Shown here one piece after another: positions 24,190-30,248 of a stretch of 30,248 bases of DNA. The DNA lies in IMG/VR virus record IMGVR_UViG_3300020137_000031, positions 1 to 30,248 of that record, one strand, 5' to 3'. A model generated the notes under the pieces. That model saw only the letters and a list, made by a program, of their open reading frames with translations. It was not told the DNA's origin and did no database searches. This stretch comes from a virus. Taxonomy: Duplodnaviria; Caudoviricetes. Position 1 is the stretch's first letter. Each line of letters begins with the position of its first letter. The translations under genes were made by a program, and so were the position numbers.

Positions 24190-24848
24190 GCGCCCCTACC
24201 ACCACCCTGCAGCTGGACGGCGTGCTCGGCAAGCGGTTCGGCCGCAAGCACCGTTTCGAGCTGAGCACGCAGACCACCGCCGAGGCGATGCGTGCGGCGT
24301 GCGCCGTCATCCCCGGCTTCCGGCAGTTTCTTGCCAACGCCCGTGAAGCTGGCCTCGTGTTTGCCGTGTTCCGTGGCACGGACAACGAGAACATCGCGGC
24401 GGGCAAGCTTCGCGAGCCGGCTGGCGGTGTCGTGCGGCTGACGCCGATTCCGGCAGGGTCGAAGAAAGCCGGTGTGCTGAGCGTCATCGTCGGCGTTGTC
24501 CTGATCGCCCTATCTTTCGTACCGGGCTTTCAGGCGGCAGCGCCCGCTCTCATGTCGGCGGGTATCGGCATGATCGCGGGCGGCATCGTGCAGATGCTCT
24601 CCCCCGTGGCCAAGCTTGGCAAGAACGCTGACAGCGCCAACAACCAGGCCAGCTACGTGTTCAACGGCCCGGTTAATACCACCGCGCAGGGCAATCCGAA
24701 GCAGCTGCTCTACGGGCGCATGCTCATCGGGTCGGCGGTGCTCAGTGCCGGCTCGGAAGCCGAGGACTACTCGGCCGCGACGAACACCGTCACGCCGGGC
24801 ACGCCAGGCGCTGGCACGAAGCTCAACCCCTACGAGGTGCTAGCGTAA
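24186..24848 (+). CDS. Tail assembly protein (lambda gpI-like)
   Basis: LGKRFGR, SYVFNGPVNTTAQG, LYGRMLIGS. Confidence 0.92.
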   Translation: MSAPTTTLQLDGVLGKRFGRKHRFELSTQTTAEAMRAACAVIPGFRQFLANAREAGLVFAVFRGTDNENIAAGKLREPAGGVVRLTPIPAGSKKAGVLSVIVGVVLIALSFVPGFQAAAPALMSAGIGMIAGGIVQMLSPVAKLGKNADSANNQASYVFNGPVNTTAQGNPKQLLYGRMLIGSAVLSAGSEAEDYSAATNTVTPGTPGAGTKLNPYEVLA

Positions 24849-27800
24849 TGGCTGACGGCTTTTGCGGGTCCAAGGGCGGCGGCTCGCAGCACACGCCGGT
24901 TGAGGCGCCGGACAGCCTGCGGTCCAACTCTTACTTTCGCATCGACGACGGCCTTGCCGAGGGCGAGATTGTCGGACTGGTCAACGGCCTGCAATCAGTG
25001 TTCCTGAACGGCACGCCGGTCGTTAACGCGGACGGCACGCATAACTTCTCCGGTGTCACCGTCGATTTCCGTGCTGGCACGCAGGATCAGGAGTACATCC
25101 CGGGTTTCTCCAGCGTTGAGAGTGACACCGGCGTGGCCACTGAACTGCGTGCCGGCGCGCCCTGGACGCAGGCGCTGGAAAACCTGAGTCTGTCAGCGGT
25201 GCGCATCACGCTCGAAGTGGACGGGCTGATGCGCACCAACACGTCTAACGGCGACACGACGGGACACGCCGTCAGCTACGCGATCGACGTGGCGACAGAT
25301 GGCGGCGCGTTCCAGACGGTGCTCACCTCAGCGTTCAGCGGCAAGACGACCTCGACCTACCAGCGCAGCCACCGGGTTGACTTGCCGAAGGCCGCCGGCT
25401 CGGGCTGGGTCGTGCGTGTGCGGCGCCTGACGCCCAACGCGAACAGTTCGACCGTCGCGGACACCACGAGGGTTTACAGCTTCACGCAGATCATCGACGT
25501 GAAGCTGCGCTACCCCAACTACGCGCATGTCGGTATCCGGGGTGACGCCACGCAGTTCAACAGCATCCCCTCGCGCGCCTACGAGTGCTGGGGGCGCATC
25601 GTTCGCGTGCCGGCCAACTACGACCCCGTCACGCGGGGATATACCGGTGTGTGGGACGGCACGTTCAAACCGGCGTGGACCGATAATCCGGCGTGGGTGC
25701 TCTACGACATCATCACGAACGACCGGTTCGGCCTGGGCAACGTCGCCGACCCATCGCTCACCGACAAGTGGGCGCTCTACGCGATTGCGCGGTACTGCGA
25801 CGAAATGGTGGACGACGGCAAGGGCGGCACTGAGCCGCGGTACGCTTGCAACCTCTACCTGCAGTCGCGGGAGGACGCCTACAAGGTACTGAGCGACCTG
25901 ACGAGCATTTTTCACGGCCTCGCCTACTGGGGCGGCGGCCAGATCGTCACTGCCGCTGACATGCCGCGCGACGTGGCGGCGGTATACACCAAGGCCAATA
26001 CCCTCGGCGGGGACGGCGCGCCGCACTTCACCTACGAATCGACGCCGCGCAAGACGCGCTACACGTGCGCACAGGTGACGTGGAACAACCCGGCGAATCA
26101 GTACCAGCAAGAGGTCGAATACTACGAGGACCAGGAGGCCATCGCGCGTTACGGCGTGATCGAGACATCCTTTGTCGCCATCGGCTGCACGTCGCAGGGG
26201 CAAGCCCGGCGGGAGGGCAAGTGGGCGGTGGATTCCAGCCAGAGCGAAACCGACTCGGTGACGTTCCGGGTGGGCCTGGACAGCCTGGAATCCGCGCCGG
26301 GCGACATCATCAAGGTACAGGACCCGGATCGTGCCGGTGCGCGCCAGGGCGGCCGCATCAAGTCGGCCACCGTCACCACCGTCACGCTCGACAAAGTGCC
26401 CGACAGCGTGGCCGAGGGCGACAAGCTCACCGTCGTACTGCCCAGTGGCGTAGTCCAGCAGCGCACGATCAGCGGCGTTGCCGACAACGTGCTCACCGTA
26501 TCGGCCGCATTCGACGGCGTGCCGGTCGGGCAGTCGGTGTGGCTTGTCGAGACGGCGACGCTCGCCAGCCAGATATTCACCGTCGTGAGCGTGGTCGAGG
26601 ACGACAGCGACGCGGAAATCGCGTTTACGATCAGCGGAGTCAAGCACGACCCGGCCAAGTTTGGCCGCATCGACACGGGCAACATTATTCAGCCGCCGCC
26701 AATCACGCGGCTGCCGGGCACCACGCAGCCGCCGGCCACGAACGTCACGATCAGCGCTACTGTCGTGCTGACGCAGGGCGCTGCGACCAACGTGATGACA
26801 GTGGCGTGGGACGCTGCGCCGGGCGCCGTGAGCTACAAAGTCGAATGGCAGAAGGACTCGGGGCAGTGGGCTCAGGTAGGTGTCGTGACGGGCACGTCAG
26901 TGGATGTGCAGAACGTCTACGCCGGCACGTACGTTGCGCGCGTGACTGCCATCGGCCCGCTGGCGACCGCCGCACCTGCGCTGAGCATGCCTACGATCGT
27001 CACGGGCAAAACCGCGCCGCCGCCGCCGCCGCTGCTCACCGCAGTGGGAGGGCAGCTGGAAATCGCGTTTGCCTGGACGTGGCCGGTGGGCGTCAACATC
27101 GAGGACACCAGCTACACCGAGTTGTGGGTCAGCGAGACGTCCGCCATGGAGGAGGGCGCGTCGCAGGCTGCCATCGCCTACCCCGGCTCGACGTACACGC
27201 TCACCGGCCTGCTGCCGCAGCAGCAGCGCTATGGCTGGGTGCGACTCGTGGACAAATCGGGCAATGTCGGGTCGTGGTCGGCCTACGCGTCCGCCGTGGG
27301 CGGCAACGTCGATGACCTGTTCCAGCCGATCCAAGACCAAGCCGACCAGCTGCGCGACGATGTGGACGCCACGCTGGCGCAGGTGCAGGTGCTCCAGGGC
27401 CAGCTCGGCGACATCATGCAGGCCGACGTGTGGGACGTGGACACGACATACCCGGACGGCGACCTGGTGCAGTACGGCGGCAAGCTGTACCGCTCGCTGC
27501 AAGCCGACAACACCGGCCACGAGCCGGCCGGCGCCACGGATGCGTGGTGGGAGTACATCGGCAATTACGCGTCACTTGGCGAAGCCGTGGCGGCCACGGC
27601 GGCCAATGTGGCGGTCAACAACAACAAGATCACGCAGGCCGAGGACGACATCGAGGCCCAGTCGCAGAGCATCGCGGAGAACGCGGCAGCGATCGCCGGG
27701 AAGGCCGATGCCAGCGCGCTCATGGCGACCAACGCCACCGTGAGTCAGCAAGGCGACGACATCAGCGCCGTGGCGTCGGACGTCGCCTTGCTGGGCGCGC

Positions 27801-28759
27801 ACAACGTCGACAAGAGCGCGTTCAACCTCAACAGCGCAACGGTCAAGATCGACGGCGACCAGACGCTGGCGCAGACGCTGACCGGGCTGCAAGCGGCGGA
27901 CGGCGCGCTGTCTGGCCGCGTGGACGACGAGGAGTCGGCGCGCATTTCGGGGGATGCGGCCAATGCCACGGCCATCACGGCCGTGAGTGCAATTGTGGAC
28001 ATGAGTTTCGTGCCTATTGCGGACCCGTCGTTCGAGGGCGACCCCATGATCGACTGGGCGGCTATTGCGCAACCTGCATCTGTCACGTGGAACGGCGTGC
28101 CACGCACCGGATCGCGTGCGATGCGGATGGTTGGTGGGGCCGGTGGCGCGACTGTCGCCGTGGAGTCTACGGCCATCTCGCATGGGTTCGCCGGGAACGA
28201 GACGCTGAAAATTGGCGCGTGGTTCCGACCCACGGGATCATTGCCCAATGGGACTGTCCGATTCACCGTGCGATGTTTCGATTCGGCGGGTTCCCAAATT
28301 TCATACGGCGCCACATCGGCATCGTCTCCAAAGACCGGAACGGGCGCGTACGGATATTACGAGTTCGACTACCAGTTGCCAGCCGGTACAGAGGGAGTGC
28401 GCGTCGGCATCCAGGCTGTCGGCCTGACGAATGCCGGGACGTGGTCAGTAGATGACGTTACTGTAACTCGCTTCGGCACGGGGCCTGTTGCACAAGCGGC
28501 AAAGATCACCCAAGCCCTCACCGCCAATGTCGGCCCGAGCGGCGCGTACGCACAAGCGACGATGATGCTTGACGTCAACGGCCGCGTCACGGGCGTAGTG
28601 CAGACCAATGACGGCACGCAGGGCGACATTGTGTTCGTCGCGGACAAGTTCGCCATCGTGTCGCCCACGGGCAGCGGGCAGCGGCTGGAGTGGAGCGGCG
28701 GCAACTTGCGCGTGTACGACGCAAACAACGTGCTGCGCGTGCGCATGGGGGTGTGGTGA
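24848..28759 (+). CDS. Central tail tip / host-specificity protein (lambda gpJ-like)
   Basis: EGEIVG, WDGTFKPAWTDNPAW, FnIII-like repeats, coiled coil, C-terminal ADKFAI..RVYDANNVLRVRMGVW. Confidence 0.95.
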   Translation: MADGFCGSKGGGSQHTPVEAPDSLRSNSYFRIDDGLAEGEIVGLVNGLQSVFLNGTPVVNADGTHNFSGVTVDFRAGTQDQEYIPGFSSVESDTGVATELRAGAPWTQALENLSLSAVRITLEVDGLMRTNTSNGDTTGHAVSYAIDVATDGGAFQTVLTSAFSGKTTSTYQRSHRVDLPKAAGSGWVVRVRRLTPNANSSTVADTTRVYSFTQIIDVKLRYPNYAHVGIRGDATQFNSIPSRAYECWGRIVRVPANYDPVTRGYTGVWDGTFKPAWTDNPAWVLYDIITNDRFGLGNVADPSLTDKWALYAIARYCDEMVDDGKGGTEPRYACNLYLQSREDAYKVLSDLTSIFHGLAYWGGGQIVTAADMPRDVAAVYTKANTLGGDGAPHFTYESTPRKTRYTCAQVTWNNPANQYQQEVEYYEDQEAIARYGVIETSFVAIGCTSQGQARREGKWAVDSSQSETDSVTFRVGLDSLESAPGDIIKVQDPDRAGARQGGRIKSATVTTVTLDKVPDSVAEGDKLTVVLPSGVVQQRTISGVADNVLTVSAAFDGVPVGQSVWLVETATLASQIFTVVSVVEDDSDAEIAFTISGVKHDPAKFGRIDTGNIIQPPPITRLPGTTQPPATNVTISATVVLTQGAATNVMTVAWDAAPGAVSYKVEWQKDSGQWAQVGVVTGTSVDVQNVYAGTYVARVTAIGPLATAAPALSMPTIVTGKTAPPPPPLLTAVGGQLEIAFAWTWPVGVNIEDTSYTELWVSETSAMEEGASQAAIAYPGSTYTLTGLLPQQQRYGWVRLVDKSGNVGSWSAYASAVGGNVDDLFQPIQDQADQLRDDVDATLAQVQVLQGQLGDIMQADVWDVDTTYPDGDLVQYGGKLYRSLQADNTGHEPAGATDAWWEYIGNYASLGEAVAATAANVAVNNNKITQAEDDIEAQSQSIAENAAAIAGKADASALMATNATVSQQGDDISAVASDVALLGAHNVDKSAFNLNSATVKIDGDQTLAQTLTGLQAADGALSGRVDDEESARISGDAANATAITAVSAIVDMSFVPIADPSFEGDPMIDWAAIAQPASVTWNGVPRTGSRAMRMVGGAGGATVAVESTAISHGFAGNETLKIGAWFRPTGSLPNGTVRFTVRCFDSAGSQISYGATSASSPKTGTGAYGYYEFDYQLPAGTEGVRVGIQAVGLTNAGTWSVDDVTVTRFGTGPVAQAAKITQALTANVGPSGAYAQATMMLDVNGRVTGVVQTNDGTQGDIVFVADKFAIVSPTGSGQRLEWSGGNLRVYDANNVLRVRMGVW

Positions 28760-29055
28760 TGCCAAGCGGGCTGGAGGTCTACGACGCGTCGTCGCACACG
28801 GTGTTCGGCACCGCCACACGGCTTTCGCGCATCCTCGGATCGGCCAACATCGGCGCGACGGCGAGCGGCTATATCACCAATGCCGACTTCGCCACCGGCA
28901 CCATCTGGTGGACGATCACGAGCCCGTCGTCGGTGCTTGGCAGCTACTGCCCGACCATCACCATCGACGCCGCAAATAATCGGATCGGCTACGCGCCAAA
29001 AACCGACAGCTCCTTGGCGCCTGACGCCGTGACAATTCTCTACGGGGTGTACTGA
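28759..29055 (+). CDS. Small tail-tip accessory protein (98 aa)
   Basis: TGATG coupling with J; MPSGLEVYD..., ending ILYGVY, a pattern typical of post-J proteins. Confidence 0.75.
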   Translation: MPSGLEVYDASSHTVFGTATRLSRILGSANIGATASGYITNADFATGTIWWTITSPSSVLGSYCPTITIDAANNRIGYAPKTDSSLAPDAVTILYGVY

Positions 29056-29056
29056 C

Positions 29057-29719
29057 ATGCCGGCCGGGTTCTATTCAAAGACCGATGGCGGCGTTTTTCA
29101 GATTGACGGCACCTACCGCAATCTCTTTCTCCGCTACAAGACGACGCTCACCACGACGTCGGCGTTTGGCGGCGGCATGTTTACCGGGTCGCTCACGAGC
29201 GTGGCGAATTACGGCTCGGTGGCAAATGCCGTCATCGCGGTGCGGTGCAGCTATGGCGCGACGGTGTATTACAACTCGCCAAGCACGCATGATTTCCAGA
29301 TCGCGGTGCAAGGCCCGATCGGCACAACCGTGGACGTCTACGTGTTTGGCGAGCCAGCGGCGGCAGGCGCCAGCTACGGTTTGCAGGTGTGGAACGATTC
29401 GGGGCAACTGGTGTTCGACGCACTGCAGAAGCCGATGCGCGTCGTCGGCCAACTCGTCACCCCTACGCTGGGCAGTACGATCAGCACGCCCAGCGGCAGG
29501 ACGTGCGCCTGCGTCATTCATGGCGGATTCTACGCCGACGTGCAGAACGCCGGCCCGGGGACGTGGGCGTACTACGTGTTGCGCTTCGGTGCGCGCATCA
29601 GCGGCACGACGGTCACCATGGTTGGCGTGTGCTTGCAGTACACCGTCACAAGTTCGCCGGGCACAGAAACGTCGCCGAACAATAGCTGCCTGCTGGCCGT
29701 GGACGTCACCGACTACTGA
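29057..29719 (+). CDS. Tail-tip accessory / possible receptor-binding protein (220 aa)
   Basis: FQIDGTYRN, YGLQVWNDSGQLVFD; beta-rich; post-J position. Confidence 0.75.
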   Translation: MPAGFYSKTDGGVFQIDGTYRNLFLRYKTTLTTTSAFGGGMFTGSLTSVANYGSVANAVIAVRCSYGATVYYNSPSTHDFQIAVQGPIGTTVDVYVFGEPAAAGASYGLQVWNDSGQLVFDALQKPMRVVGQLVTPTLGSTISTPSGRTCACVIHGGFYADVQNAGPGTWAYYVLRFGARISGTTVTMVGVCLQYTVTSSPGTETSPNNSCLLAVDVTDY

Positions 29720-29765
29720 TGGCCAGGCGTACAATGCCCCCTGAACCTGTCACGGAGGGACCGCC

Positions 29766-30248
29766 ATGCACCGAATCCTTGCCGCCGCCGCACTCTGCGT
29801 GGTCACGCTGGCCGCCAGCGCCCAGTCAGCCGACGCCGCCCGCGTCAGCACGTTCAAGGGCGCCCTCGCGCAGGCATACCAGACGTGCGCCGGCGCCTAC
29901 CGGCTGGCCCAGCTCGACCAGAAGTTAGGGCGCATGGCCGACGCGCAGGCCCGGCGCAACTACGGCGCGACGCCCGACTACACGATGCGCAGTGACGCTG
30001 CAGGAAACGCCGCCAAGCAGTTCGTCGCCTGCAAGACCGAGGCGCAAGGGAAGGGCGTCGAGGCGTTCAAGGCGTTCGCCGACGGCCTGCCCGACGGCCA
30101 GCTCAAGGCCGATGGCCGGGCGCTGCTCACCGCCTGGATCGCGTTCCTCGGCAACGCCAGCGGTTCCGTTGCGGACTTCCAGTCACCGCAGGGCGGCGAG
30201 TACAGCAAGGCGTCGGCCGCGCTCGACGTGGACGCTGCGGGGATTTGA
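29766..30248 (+). CDS. Secreted/periplasmic hypothetical protein (160 aa)
   Basis: RBS GGAGGG; signal peptide MHRILAAAALCVVTLAASA with AxA cleavage; helical mature part with two Cys. Confidence 0.75.
   Translation: MHRILAAAALCVVTLAASAQSADAARVSTFKGALAQAYQTCAGAYRLAQLDQKLGRMADAQARRNYGATPDYTMRSDAAGNAAKQFVACKTEAQGKGVEAFKAFADGLPDGQLKADGRALLTAWIAFLGNASGSVADFQSPQGGEYSKASAALDVDAAGI

Noticed and set aside
1-30248. Integrase/att site, CI-Cro switch, tRNA, reverse transcriptase/DGR, DNA-modification genes
   Set aside because: No supporting motifs seen in this window; they could lie in the rest of the genome, so lifestyle cannot be settled.

Overview
About 30 kb of a GC-rich (roughly two-thirds G+C by eye) tailed dsDNA phage with siphovirus organisation. 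The host is Gram-negative (two-component spanins); a Xanthomonadales/Pseudomonas-like host is only an inference. Left to right: (1) replication module with a VRR-NUC nuclease, a TetR-like HTH protein and an NrS-1-like primase-polymerase/SF3 helicase, followed by a 3x44-bp tandem repeat; (2) a leftward operon of about 11 tiny coupled hypothetical genes; (3) a 1.3-kb mostly non-coding control region with operator/promoter palindromes, a (GGTGCT)n array, a probable cos site, a stand-alone Cys-rich gene and an AT-rich ori-like segment; (4) lysis cassette (GH19 endolysin, putative holin, Rz with embedded Rz1); (5) HK97-type head module (HNH, TerS, TerL, portal, ClpP protease, capsid, connectors); (6) lambda-like tail (tube, frameshifting chaperones, tape measure, M/L/K/I/J, two tip proteins) and a terminal secreted protein. 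No integrase, tRNA or CRISPR array was seen. Most notable observations: a five-site TGAC-N6-GTCA operator regulon overlapping -35 boxes, a cos-like site displaced about 3 kb from terS with a Chi-like array correctly oriented next to the predicted end, a hidden +1 frameshift in an early gene, and apparent avoidance of CTCGAG and GGATCC. All family assignments come from motif recognition by eye; no database searches were run.
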